From the NCBI GenBank assembly GCA_963733375.1, contig CAVTDB010000026.1, positions 1 to 64,000 on the forward strand: DNA of 64,000 bases, given 5' to 3'. The position numbers were made by a program, and so were the translations under genes. This stretch comes from Nitrospirota bacterium. GTDB taxonomy: Bacteria > Nitrospirota > JACRHJ01. A model generated the notes under the pieces. The model did no database searches, had not been told where the DNA came from, and worked only from the letters and a program-made list of their open reading frames with translations. Below are positions 1 to 12,313 of this stretch, piece after piece (within the stretch, counting starts at the first letter, position 1; each line of letters starts with the position of its first letter).

Positions 1-1395
1 ATGTCGGAGATGTCCAGCAACAGCTTCTGGTGGAGGTCCATCCTGTACGTCACGGGGAAAACCGCCTCGTGTTGGTGGTGGACGCCGCGCCGGAAGTGGT
101 CGTCAGGGTATAGTCCGCATAGGGGCTGAGCGAGAGATTTCTTATCGGGCCGATGTTCGTTAGAAACCGGAACTGGTTGGACGAGTTGCTGGTGCCTGCC
201 GAAGCGGCGGTATGCACGAACGATTCGGACAGGGCCATGTTCAAGAACTGTGCAGGGCGCGCTGATAAAAGCCAGTCCAGATTGTCCTGGGAGTCCGTAG
301 TCGCGGCGGTTCCCGGAGCGCTGCTGGAGTCCATCCTCCTCTCGTACCTGGAGGTGAACGTGAAAATACCGACGTTGTGGTTCAGGTTCATGCCCGCGAG
401 CGTCTGACTGGTGGACGTCGGGCCGAGTCCGGTATTCGCGTCGTGCAGGACGTATGAGCCGTAGACGCGGAGGTATTTCGGAAAGGCGTAGTTGGCCGAC
501 CCGAAATACGTATTTTCATTATCCTGCGTAGAGGGGGAGCCGAGCTGAGAAGTCTGGCCCAGCGTGTGCAGATAACTTCCGGAGAGCTGCGCGCCTTGTA
601 TGGGGGCGTATGACCCGCGCAGTTCCGACGTAGAGGTGTAGGCCTTCGATTGGGTCTGGCCGGCGCTGGCCGTCTCGGTGTAGTTATAGTCTTCGCGCGC
701 GCCAAGGTCAAGCCTGTCGCCTATCCTTTTCGCGGCGGAGGCCTGGGCGGCCACGGTCGTCTGGTCCTGGACAATGCCAGTCATTTTGTCCGTGGTCTGC
801 TGTTCCCCGTAATCGCCGTTAAATGACAATATGCCCAGCTTGTAATCCGCGGCCGCCTGAAAATTCCCTGTCTGAGTGTCGCTGTTTTTAGTACCGCTCG
901 TGGACTGGCTCTGTTGCAGCAGATCATACCTGAGCCTGATTGACGGCAGATTCCCCGGCGTAAACGAGGAGTCCACGAACGCATCGGTTGACTTATTAGC
1001 CTGGGTCTGCGTTTGCGAGTTCACTATGATGTTGTTGGTTGCGTCCACTTCCCTGTAGCCAAACCCTAACTGGGCTGTCTTCGTAGTAATCCTGATATTC
1101 AGGTTAGGATCAAGCTCAAAACTGTTCCCCGTACTGCCGGTGTTGTTTATGACATCAGGCGGAATATCCCCGCAATCGTCAGCTTGGAGCTCGGGGCGGA
1201 CAGCATGTCGAAATCAAAACCGAATTTCTCCTGGGCCGTGCTGGTGGTGACGCCGCCGCTGGTCGCATCGTTCTCCTGATAGGAAAAGTCGGTGCCGTAG
1301 GTTATCGAGGCCGACGCGGCGTTCGGGGCGGCGAACAAGGACAAAAGCGCCGCGGCCCCGGCCAGGTATTTTAACCGGGAACAAAAAAACCGCAT
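1..1395 (-). CDS. Outer-membrane beta-barrel-like protein, 3' end runs off the window; frameshifted
   Basis: ORFs 1147..1443 and 50..1048 join. Signal peptide (LLSLFAAPNAASA) is followed by many amphipathic alternating strands (e.g. FQAAADYKLG, YLRVYGSYVLH) with S/T-rich loops. Confidence 0.65.
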
Positions 1396-1454
1396 CTTCG
1401 GGGGGAGGAGGCTGGAAATATTTTCACAAGTGTCTCCCGGCATGCCGAAACCGG

Positions 1455-4429
1455 CTACTTCACCGTGCCAATCTCCTTTCCCTCCATGACGTTAAAGCCT
1501 TGGCCGACCGTTATATTATCCAGAGTGCCGGTGGCGGGAGAGCGTACGGTCATATCGCCAAGGGGCGTCCCTACCACGGCCAGCGGCTCGCCTTTTCCTA
1601 CCCGGTCGCCGACTCCCTTAAGCCAGGTCTTTACGGTCAACTCCGTGAACTGGCCGTTATCGTACACCATCGGCGCGACGACGCGGTAAAGCGCCGCCTT
1701 CAGCTCATCAGCCGTCGGGGCCTTGGATACCGTAGAGATTTCCATCGTCGCGGTCCCTGCCGTTTGACCGGCGGTATATGTAAAATCGGCCTCTCCGCCC
1801 GTCCCCGTGACCCCCGACGCCGCCGAGGAACCAGCGCCGGAAGCTCCGGATATCGTACCGTTCGCCGGCCCGCCGTCAAGCGTCATCGAGACTTGGATGC
1901 CTTCCGTGGGGTTCCCGTTCACATCGGCGAGCTTGACGGATATTTTCGAACTGCTCACGCCGTCGGCCGGCAGTTCGTCCGGGCTGGCCGTCAAGTATAT
2001 CTTGGCCGGGGCGTCCGAAAGGAGCAGGATTGCCGTATTGTCGGAGGAGCCGGTCGAGGCCTCGGACGCGGTGATAAAGGTATCCCCAGCCTTCGTCCCG
2101 GCGATATAAAAGACCTGGGCGCGGCCGGCGGCGTCCGTCACCGCGGAAGCATGGTTAAACCTTCCCCCGGCCCCGGAGACGATGAAAACCACCGTCTTCC
2201 CTTGCACGGGTTGTCCCGAATGTGACGTAAGGGTCGCGACCACGTTCGCCCGGCTTACGCCGTCCGCGGTCATGCACGGTTCGTCCGTCCCCCCCGGGCC
2301 CGGGATAGTGAAATCAGGCGTCACCTTGAGCTGGAGCGTGTATGCGGGCGCCGACGCCATCGCCATGGCCTTGACGGCGGGCGCGGCGGAGATTAACTGA
2401 ACGCTGACGGATGACGATATGCCGGTGGTAACCGGCGTCATCCCCACGCTCCCTGTGGAATAATCGCGCGCCACCACCATCGCGGTCTTCGCGGCTATCC
2501 CGGAAGTATACGTGGCCGTCATCTTCCCCCAGTTGTCCGTGAGGGTGTCGAAATCCGCCCGCAGCGTGCCCAGAAGGTCCAGTTTCCGCCTTCTGCGCCG
2601 AGGGAGAGTTGTCCGCGTACGCTCCGCTGCCGACGGTGCCGGTATATTCCGGCGGCGGCTCAAGCATGATGGTAAGACGCCTGTCCTTCACCGGCTGGCC
2701 GTCGGCATCGGTTACCGTGAAGGTTATCTTCGCCTGGCTCTTCCCGTCCGCCTGAAGGCTGGACGCTGACGACTGGACGGCTATATTGCAGGAGGTGTCC
2801 ACCACCACGGACGCGGGCGCCTTGACCGGGTCCGAGACCGCCCCGCCGGGGCCCTGTAAATAACCGGTCAGATACACGGACTGGAGGGGGTCGCCCGATG
2901 TCCCGGCGTTATCCCCCGGACTTACCGTATACGAGCCTTTATATACTCCCGGCGTCTCTTCCTTCATCGGGATGTCGTATATCCCGCCGCCGAGGCAGAA
3001 ATAGGCCTTGTTGCCGGGGTCGCCTTCCATCGTGACATTGAATGCCTTCCCGGCCGTCAGCCTGCCGGATGGCCCGAGCACGACCGCTATGTCGTCGTTT
3101 ATTACGCGGGCGACCGGTTTTTCCCTGTAGCCTTCTTCGCGGAGGCAATCGGGGCGTCCACCGATACGAAGGTCGCGGAGTTTGTGAAATGGGTGCTGCC
3201 GTCGGCGGCCCGGAAGCTAACGGCCACCCTGTTCTTGAAGGCGCCGTCGCCCTGCTTTACCGTCCATGTGCCCTTGTACGTACCCGCGGGGCCTTCCGCC
3301 AGGGCGCCTTCACGCACCGCGTCCCCCAACGCAAACGTCGCCTTGCCGCCGGGCGACGTCTGCACCGTCACGGTGAGCGTGTCTCCGGGCTTCAGCGCCT
3401 TGCCGCCGGAGTCTTCCGCCACAGAATCTATGCCCGACACATGCCCCGCGTCCGGGACATCGACCTCCAAGTTGTCGCTTATGGCCGTTTCCTCGCCGGA
3501 GGGGCCGGCAAAGGCAAGGACGTAGTAGTATTTTCCGCCCGCCTTTACCGTATCGTCTATATATGATGATATTCCGGTGTTTATATTAGACGACAGCGGG
3601 GTCAGACCCTTGGTGCCGACTATCCTGGAGACGTCCCGGTACAGCTTGAAATATCCCCTGTCGGCGGCGGCCCTGGGCCAGTTAATGCCCACCCGGTCGC
3701 TCTCCAGTATTCCGGCGTACACTCCGGAAAGGGCCGGTTTTTTGACCCCCAGAAAATTTAAATCGGTGTTCGTGTTCGCGACGGCCTTGCCCCCGTTTTT
3801 GTCGGACAACGTCGCGGAGGCGAAACCGTCTTTTACCAGGACGCCGCGCGCGACAACGTACACGCCCTGGTAAATGCCTGGAGTGATCTCTTTCATGGGC
3901 AGATCTGTTACGGGCCAGTCCCTTTATATCGAAGACGGCCTTCTTGCCGGGCGTGCCGTTAAGGATAAACAGCGCCTTATCGCCAGCGTACTCCACTTGC
4001 CCTGAGGCGTCGGAGGCGAAGGACTGTATCTCCGGTATCACGTACGGCTCGTTCGTCCCGGCCATTATCCCCACCGGTTTGGTCGGTTTGCTCTTTACGC
4101 CGTTTTTCATTTCCGTGCAGATTTCATAAAAATACGCGTTCTTGTTTTGAAGGCCCTTGTCTTCATAGACGAGCCCCTCCACCGTACTTTTATTTATTTT
4201 TTTATAAGTCCCCAACTCCCTGGAGGAGCCGGAAGATGTCGTACCCCGCGATCTTCGACGCGTCGATGTTCGTGGGCGCCTTCCACGTCAGCCTTATGCC
4301 CGGTTCCGTATTTTTCCCGGCGGACGATTCAGGCACAGGCACTCCCGCGGCCTTCGCGGACGGCACCCCGGCGAATATCAGGAGCGTGAGCGCCGCGGCG
4401 AATAATAAAACTGTTTTTACCCTTCCCAT
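1455..4429 (-). CDS. Large secreted FN3 + Ig-like (Big_1/invasin-type) protein with C-terminal biotin/lipoyl-fold domain; frameshifted, about 990 aa
   Basis: Joins ORFs 4202..4435, 3682..4215, 3102..3896, 2314..3081 and 1455..2663. AAGGAG RBS and signal peptide; FN3 motifs (IRLTW...GYDIFR, YYYVLA); three G.PG..A.F...PG.Y.G.Y.V repeats; three ADG.S...D..G.P Big_1 repeats; terminal W.K.VGD.V..GEPL...VRSPATG domain. Confidence 0.7.
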
Positions 4430-4440
4430 AGCCACTCCTT

Positions 4441-6691
4441 CTACTGCAGAGGCGTCGCCGTGACCCCCTGGGGCACGCCGGTATCATTGCTCGTTACGGG
4501 CTCGCGGTACCACCTCATCCCGGCTGTGCCGGACACGTCTCCGGCGGCATGGCAGGTCGCGGTGCACCTTGAAGCCGCATACCCGCTCCCGCCGACCCAG
4601 ATGTAGCTGGGGTTGACGGACTTGTTCGTCAGCGCGGAGAAACTCCCCAGGGCGAACGCGTCGTAGACCATCTTGCGCTGATGCGTGCCGTGTGGGTCGT
4701 GGCATGTCTTGCAGGTGATGCGGGAATCGCCGGCCCCGTCGGCGTCGGAGTCGTAAATCAGACTGCCCCCCTGACGCTTGGCGCTCCCGTAGTCGTCCAT
4801 GTGGTTCCAGTGGATATTGGTGGGCACGTCGCCGGTCGAGGTGATGTCCCAGTCCCCGCCGTAGAGCCCCGCCGCCGTCGAGGTATTCCGGAAATCGGTA
4901 CCCCATGTCGGGTAAGGGATCGGCGCGCGGACGTGCTTAGAGGAGACTTTCCCTTCGGGGGGCGTCCCCAGTATCGTCATTTCGCTGTGGCAGGAAAAGC
5001 AGAGGCGTACCTGCGATGACGAATAATTGCCGAGGAGCGGGACGGTGTTGGAGACGGCGCCCATCCTGAAGGCGGGCCGGTAATTATCGGAGGAAGCCTT
5101 GTACGCGAAAGCGGCGTTTCCTATGTGTTGCGTGCTGATGCTGTGGCAAGCGGTGCAGAGAAAACCAAGGGGGACCATCCATGGCCGGTCACGTCGTAGC
5201 CGTAGGTAATGCCGTCACCGACTACGTTCGGCGCGGTCATGTCGGCGCCGCCGGTGCCGGCGGCGGTGTTCACGATTGACAAGCCGTCGTGGCAGCTTTC
5301 GCACCAGGAATTTTCCGACCTTAAAGCCGGCCCCCCCCCCAGTTCGCCTTCGCCGTCGCCGCTCCGCTTCCGTGGCACCTGTTGCACACGGTGGTCGAAG
5401 CGAAGCCCTTCCCGTCTCTGAAGGTGACGACCCCGTCCACGTGCCCGGCCTGGCGGCCAATGGAAGAGTTGTCGGGATGGCAGTCCTCGCAGGCCGCCTT
5501 CGGGCCCCAGGCGGCTGAAAGGTGGACGCTGTGGTTCAGAAGACCGGAGGGGGCTACGGCGTGACAGGTGCCGCAGGCGCCGGTCGAGCTGTCGGTCCAA
5601 ACGGGGGCATTGGATTTGTTCCCGCCGGCGAAATTGCCGTGGCAGTAGGTATTCGAGCAGGACTGGGTCCCGCCCGCGGTATTGCCCGCACTGAAGGTAT
5701 AGCCGCTTATCGGGGAAAACCCGTCGAACCTGCCGCTGGTATAGACGTTGAACGCCGCGAACTTGACATCTATCTTCTTGTTCGTAAGCCCGGTGTCGCT
5801 CATTCCCCCCTTGTGGCATACGCTGCAGGCGTAACCGGCGCCGCCGTTCACGGAATAATTATGGAAGGCGTGCATGCCGGCTGAGGTTTCCCCGGTAGGC
5901 GGATAACCGTTTTTAAGCGAACGGCCCGCTAACGTCTGCTGGCTCGTGGGCGGGTCTCCGTGACAGGAGCCGCAGTTGCCTTTGGCGGAGAAGCCGTAGA
6001 CGTGGTTGTGGCAGAGCGTGCAGTTCGAGCCCGGGTTATGCGACGTGGAGGCGGTATTTTTATGGTAGAGAGTCTGTGTATGGCAGACTTCGCATATGGA
6101 CGTATGGGTTGGATATTCATTGCCCATGGAGTTCGCTCCGGTCATTGCCCTGAAGATTACCATCCTGGCTCCGCTGTTCGGCGTCTTTATCGTGGAGCCG
6201 ATCATAAACCCGTTCTGGCCGGGCATGAACGAGCCGTTCAGTATTTGTGCGGCTCGTGGCACGTGGTGCACTGGACGACAAAGTTCGCGTACTTCGTGGA
6301 ATATCCGGAAGCTTGCATCTCGCGCGTCGAGTGCGTCACCACGGTTTCGGCACCATGGCCCGAAGTCTTCGCCCAGGCCGGGGCCGCGGAGGACGCGCTG
6401 TGGCAGTCGAGGCAGAGATATATTCCGGGATACTCGCCTCCGGCAAGCTGGTCCTGCGACTGCGCCATTGCCTTGGAGAGGTCCCTCCCGGACGCCCGAG
6501 AGTCTCTTGCCGGAGTCGGAATGGGACGAATGGCGCCCAGCGCATACGTCGCTGCCGTAGCTGTAGCCGTTAATTTCCGTAAAGTTATGTTTTGACTCCG
6601 CGCCGCCTATCGCCGCCCATGACATCCCCGTCAGAAGGAGGATGAGCGCCGCCGCCGTCGTCGCCGTCAAAGCATGGATATTGGACTTCAT
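4441..6691 (-). CDS. Multiheme c-type cytochrome C (about 16 heme motifs including CX4CH and CX3CH); frameshifted
   Basis: ATG 6691 (MKSNIHALTA..., signal peptide). Motifs across frames: CAGRH (degenerate), CLDCH, CTTCH, CEVCH, CTLCH, CGSCH, CSVCH, CSNTYCH, CGTCH, CEDCH, CNRCH, CESCH, CTACH, CFSCH, CKTCH, CTATCH. Confidence 0.85.
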
Positions 6692-6708
6692 TGTTCCCGC
6701 TGCCCTCC

Positions 6709-8822
6709 CTAATACCCTACGTGGCAGATTCCACAGAGCGGCGCGAACTCGATTTCCTTGATCGTGCGTATCCGGTACGGCCGGCTGGGCGCTTTCCTCC
6801 GACGGGATTTTATACGCGGCGGCCTTCAGGATCAAAAAGCCTCCCCTGCTGTCGGCCTCATGGACGGTGTGACACGACTCGCAGTTCACGTGCTTATTGA
6901 AAGTCGCGGTAGCGGGAAGGGCGATATCCGTCGGACCGCGGACGTGTCCGGCGTTCATCAACGGATGGGTAAACCCTTCTCCGGCCTCGCCGACGTGCGT
7001 CCTGGGCGTCAGGCCGTGGCTGCCCGTGCAGAGGTATTTATCGGTCCTTTCCTCGCCGCCCCGGTCGCCGCCGATTATATAGTCCTGCACGTCGCTCGTG
7101 AGCCATTCCTTGAAGCTCGCCCGCCCTCGCCAGGAGTCCCGAGACCAGGTCCTGAGTCTGGAATCCCGGCGCAAGCGTCGGGCCCAGATAAGGAGACTGG
7201 TCTGCGTTTCCGGCGGTGATGTTGCCGAGCGCCGAAGTTGTGGCACGAACAGCATTCCATCTCTTTTCCCGATTGCCCCCCGTATTCCGATACCAGCCCG
7301 GACTCCGGCCATTTGCCGATGTGCGACGGTGAGTATTGGTCGTAATATCCCGCCTGTCCATCCGGGGTGACATTCCCGTTCACATCCATGTAATCTATCC
7401 GGGGCGCGGTCGGGTCCCCGAGGAATGGTCCCCTTCCAGTTATCGTCCGTCTGCCAGGTCGGGTTGAATTTGGGATGGCACATCACGCATATGTCGCAGG
7501 CGTCGCCCTTGGTGCAGTCTATTACCAGTATCGGAGTGCAGCTGGCGTTGTGGGCCCTGTGGCAGCTTGAGCAGTAAAGGTTCCCGTTCACGGGCTTGCC
7601 GTAGGTGATGCCTGCGGGGAAAGTGGGCGGTATCTTTATCTGCCTGGTGCTGGCGTGCGGCTCGCCGGAGTTGACAAGGTTGCCTCCGCTGACGTCCCCG
7701 ACCGGGTGGTGCGGGAAGGGGACGGAGTGACACGACTCGCAGAACGTAGGCGAAGCCGTGTCCGGCCTGAGTATCGGGGAGTTCTTTATGGCCCCGTGCG
7801 GTTTGTGGCAGGTCGTGCACAAGACCTCTCCGCCCTTGCCGAAGACCCAGCCGTCCGGCTCTTTTATCTGGACTATCCTGCCCTTTCCGTTGCAGATGTC
7901 GTCGTCGGCGGGATGATAGCTCCTGGGCGCGATCGTCCCGCCGGGGTTGGGATATGGGGGAGAGGCCAGCCCGTCCGCCCTCTGGCCCCTGTGGCAGCCC
8001 TCGCAGAAACGGGTCCGAGTTATCCTTCACAGGGTCAACGGATAAAAGCTTGTAATTCGGGCCGGTCGGCGCTTTCCCGTGTATGCTGTGGCAGGTTACG
8101 CATTCGATGGTCCCGTCGTTGCCCTTGGAAAGATGACCCCCCAGCGTCCAGTGCACTCCGTCCGTATCCTTGCCGTCCACGCTGGGATACGGAAGCGGGA
8201 AGGGCACCTTGAAATCGGGTATGACGAATATCGGCGAAGCACCCTCCGTCTCGTCCTTGGGAAGCTTGTGGACGGGATGAGTCCCTTCGGCGTTGTTTAT
8301 GCCGTAGCCGGAGTTCTCGCGGTTCTTGTGGCACTTTTCGCACAGGTCTACCATATTGACCCGCAGGAAAGGCCTGGTCGTGTCGTCGTGGGGGTTATGG
8401 CAGGTGGTGCACTCGATGTTGTCCTGGGCGCCGTTCGTGTACGGGAGGCCGGAGCCGGATACATCGTCACCGGCCGGCAGGGCCTTGAGGTCCAGGCCGT
8501 GGCTCTTGGGGTTGAAAACGGTCTGGGACGCGTCGACGTTCGGTGAGACGATTGTCACTCCGTCATGGCATGAATAGCATAAAGGCCCCACCCTGCCCCA
8601 TCCCTTGAGAGACGGCGGGGCCGTCGCCCAGAGCGTCGCGCCTTTTGCCCTGTGCGGCACGTGACAGTAGTTGCACACATTTTTACTCTCGGGGTCTATC
8701 CCCGGCATGGAATATTTCTGCGCCGCTATGTCGTGCGGTGAGCCGATTATTCCCGCGAACGTTTTCGTCCCGGAAACCAGGACGCTCAGGACGATTAAGA
8801 GAAGGAATAAAAAAATTTTCAC
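6709..8822 (-). CDS. Multiheme c-type cytochrome B (14 heme motifs); frameshifted
   Basis: GTG start overlaps the upstream TGA; signal peptide. CNYCH, CYSCH, CTTCH, CEKCH, CVTCH, CEGCH, CTTCH, CESCH, CSSCH, CVMCH, CCSCH, CTGSH, CESCH, CGICH. Ends ...APLCGICHVGY* (TAG 6709-6711). Confidence 0.85.
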
Positions 8823-10443
8823 TGCTCGTTAACCTGTCTTATCTGGATGCGGTTCACCAGCTTCTCGACCACATATATCCGCCTCTTACTATCCACGGCT
8901 ATACCGTTCGGGGTGGCTATGTCCAGTTGCTTGCCCCTTTCGTCCCCGAGGACGTAGAGGAACTTGCCCTTCTTGTCGAATACCTGTATCACGTTGGCCA
9001 TCGAGTCCGCGACGTATATATTCCCGGTATCGTCGATGCTCAGGCCCTTAGGCCTCCCGAACATGCCCGCGATGTTGCCGTACCCGCCGAACGTCCAGAG
9101 GAAGCGCCCGTCCTTGTTGAACACCTGGATGCGCGCGTTCAGGCAGTCCGCCACGTAGAAGTTTCCGTCCCTGCCGAACAGGGCGAAGGTGGGCGAGAGG
9201 AACTTCCCGTCCGGTCTCCCCTTTCCGCCGAACGTCTTTATATACTTCCCGTTTGCCGAATAAATCTCTATGCAGTCGTTGAAGTTGTCCACCATGTACA
9301 GGCGGCCGTCCGGCGAGAAAATGCCCTTGATTATGCCGAAGACCTTTACCGGTGTTTTCAGGCCCAGGTCGACAGCAATCGCCTTGCCGTCTTCGAGCAT
9401 TTTCTTATACATGATGAGGCGGCCGTTCTTGTCGAACTTCTGGATCTTGCCGGTGTAAGCGTCCACCGCGAGGACGCTCCCCGCCCCGTCCACGTCAACT
9501 CCCAGTAATTTCTCGAACTTGCCTTCCCTGGCCCCGTAACCGCCAATGGCCTTGAAGAACTTGCCCGACGGCTTGAATATCTGGACCAGGCTGTCGCCGG
9601 TGTCCGATATGTATATATATCCCTCCGGGCCAAGCACAATGTCGGTCGGAGAGAAAAAGCGCTTCTGGTTCCTTGCCTTTCAGGATGTACCCGACGGGCC
9701 TCGTCGACCTGACTACCAGTTTCGGCGGAGGCGGAGGGGCCTTTGGCATTCCGGGACGGCCCGCGCCCTTTTGTTCCTCGGGCAGGACATAGCGGACGGC
9801 CTTGACGGGGCCCAAGTTCGTCTCTTTGAAATCCTTGTCCAGGGCGGTGATGGCGTAATAGTAGGTAGTGTCTTCCTTGACGTCCGTATCGGTAAGGGTG
9901 GTGTCCTGGGTGGAGCCTATAAGCTGGAAACCCTTCTGAGGGTTCAGGCTCCTGTAAACGTTGTACGCGAGGACGCTCGACGAGGCGGAGGGGTTCCAGG
10001 CAAGGCTTATTTTCTCCTTCTCCACCAGCGCGCCGACCCACTCCGGGGGCTTTACCGGCAGGAGCGCCCCGGACACCGGTATCCTTATATAACGCTCTTC
10101 CGAATAGTCCGATTCCTTGTTGCCCGCTCCCACCGACTTAAGGACGTAGTAGTAAGTCTCTCCCGGCAGCACCCCGGGGTCGATATAGGAGATGTCGGTC
10201 GTGACGGCTTTTAACTGATAATCCTTGCCGCTTGTGACGGACCGGTATATCTTGTAGCGGATGGCGCCCTGGAACCGGCATCCATTTAAGCCCCACCTTC
10301 CCCGCGGTAGTGTAGATACCCACCCAGACGGGGGGCTTTTGGGGAACCTGGGCGGAATATACGGTGATAGCCTTGAGGAAAGACAAGAACAAAACTACAG
10401 TCAAGGGTATCAGCTTCTTCCTTGACACATTCTTACTGCTCAT
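8819..10443 (-). CDS. Secreted FN3 + NHL-repeat six-bladed beta-propeller protein (copy 2); frameshifted
   Basis: Joins ORFs 10138..10464, 9495..10172 and 8819..9637. Signal peptide, two FN3 domains (ISLAW...YNVYRS...YYYAITA), NHL repeats (FYVADCLNARIQVF, IYVADSMANVIQVF). Confidence 0.85.
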
Positions 10444-10467
10444 TATTGCAAAAACCTCTCGCAAACC

Positions 10468-12052
10468 TTACAGCGATTTTAAAAGCTGCTCGTTTATTTT
10501 TATCATGTATTTCTCGTGGAGCGACTTATAAAGCGCCTCCACGCGGTCCGAGCGCTTGACCAGCAAGACATTTTTTTTCATCTTGTCTTCAACCTCCGAC
10601 AGCGGCGGCGCGGTCTCGGTTTTCCTTTTGGTCACCTTCACTATTTCATATCCCAGCGGGCCCTTTATAACCCCGCTTACATCGCCGGCCTTAAGGTTCA
10701 GGAGCGTGCTCTTCATAGGCTCCTTCAACTCCTGCGGGTCGACAAAACCCAGTTCGCCTCCCTTGTCTTTCGACGGCTGGTCGGTCGATTTCTCTTTGGC
10801 GACCTGGGCGAAATCTTTTCCGCTTTTCAGCTCGGCCATGGCCGCCTTCGCCTGGTCCTCGGTTGCAAGCACTATGTGGCTCACGTCCACGAGGTTTCTC
10901 TGGCCGTATTCTTGCTTGTATTTTTCATAGGCGTCGTTGGTTTCTTTCTGGCTCGCCTCGTTACCGCCGGTCATTTGTTCCAGATAATATTCCGCCATCA
11001 CCTGTTCCGTCTTCAGTTTTAGCTCCCGCTTGAACTCCGGGTCGTTCTGCAGTCCCCTCGCCCTCGCCTCCTCCGTGTAAAGGATGTCGTTGATCTTGCC
11101 GTTGAGCGCGCCCCTCAGGGTCTGGGGGTTCATCATCTCGTGCGGAAAATGATAGTCTTCTCTTTGCTTTTCAAAAAGGCGCGGGGCTCATGGTGACTTT
11201 CATACCGTCGACGTCAGCGCCTGTATAGATTGTCTCTCCAGCCGAATTTTTTTGCGAATAGACTTTTATTTTGGCCTTGGAGCGGAGCCTGTCCAGTATT
11301 TCGGCCATTTCCTTTTCCAGCTTCTGCTTTTTCAGGCCGTCCACGACGTCTTTTTCACGCGCCTTCCAAAGCTCTTCCGGGTCATCTTTTGACTGCACCT
11401 TCATTACCGTATAGCCGATATCGGTCTTCATCGCCGGGGTAAGCTCGCCCGGCTTCATGCGGTTAATGACCGCTCTTACGCCGACCGTGTAAAGCGAATC
11501 TTCTAAGCTTATGTCCCTTCTGATATCTCCCTTGAACATGGAATATTTTTGCGCGGCGTCTTCGAACCTCGCGCCTTTTTGAATCTCGGCAATCGCCGAT
11601 TGTGCGGCATCCATCGTAGGGGTTATTATCATCATGACGTGTATTACCGGCTTTAAGTCCGTCTGCTTTTTTACGGCGTCTATCTCGCTTTGGTCGATTA
11701 TCGTTTTGTTATAGACGTCCCTGCGCAACAGGTCGGGCAGCCTTTCGTCATAAAATGCTTCCAGCCCCCAACGGACCTGGGTGGCCCCGAGCATCCCTTT
11801 CGCGGTCGCTTCCTTGGCAAGGATCTTCGTGTCGATTATCCTCCAGAGAGTCGACTTCTTATCCTCCAGCTTCGGAGGCGCCTGGCCGTTGACAATCTTA
11901 TAATCCTCAACGGTGATCGGGTCGTTGTCGACCGTGGCGAGCACTCCCTTGCCGAGGTCGTTGCTCCTGACGCAGCCCTGGCTTAAAATGACCAGGGTTA
12001 AAAGCCCCGCCAGACATGCCGGCACCCATTTTTTTTGCCATAGGAAACTCAT
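10468..12052 (-). CDS. PpiC/parvulin-type peptidyl-prolyl isomerase lipoprotein with two SurA/PrsA-like halves (probably one gene with a frameshift near 11165)
   Basis: Lipobox LSQG-C; GVLATVDNDPIT; parvulin motifs FEDAAQKYS and VSHIVLATEDQA...FAQVAKEKSTD..SKDKGGELG. Confidence 0.8.
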
Positions 12053-12253
12053 TCAGTTCAACCCCTCAAACCGTAATCGCGGAAGATACAAAAAGCATAG
12101 TTTAAACCTTGACATAATACAGGAATCGCTGTCTCAAGTCAATTTATAACTGCGCGATTTCCCTCTTTATAACCGCCCTTAACCACTCATCCCTAAGGCT
12201 CACCCATGTATAAGGCGCGCCGCATAAATGGCAGTAATTCATATTTGCGGCGG

Positions 12254-12283
12254 AAAAAAAGGAGGGCCTGGCGGCCCTCCTTT
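12254..12283 (-). terminator. Rho-independent terminator after cytochrome A
   Basis: Minus strand AAAGGAGGGCC-GCCA-GGCCCTCC-TTTTTTT, about 30 nt after the stop codon. Confidence 0.85.
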
Positions 12284-12313
12284 CTTTATGGCTATCCGTT
12301 ATATGGATGCCTA

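Noticed and set aside
5321-7822. 833-aa ORF as one giant cytochrome
   Set aside because: It is a chimera of frames. B ends at TAG 6709-6711 and C starts at ATG 6691 with its own RBS and signal peptide.
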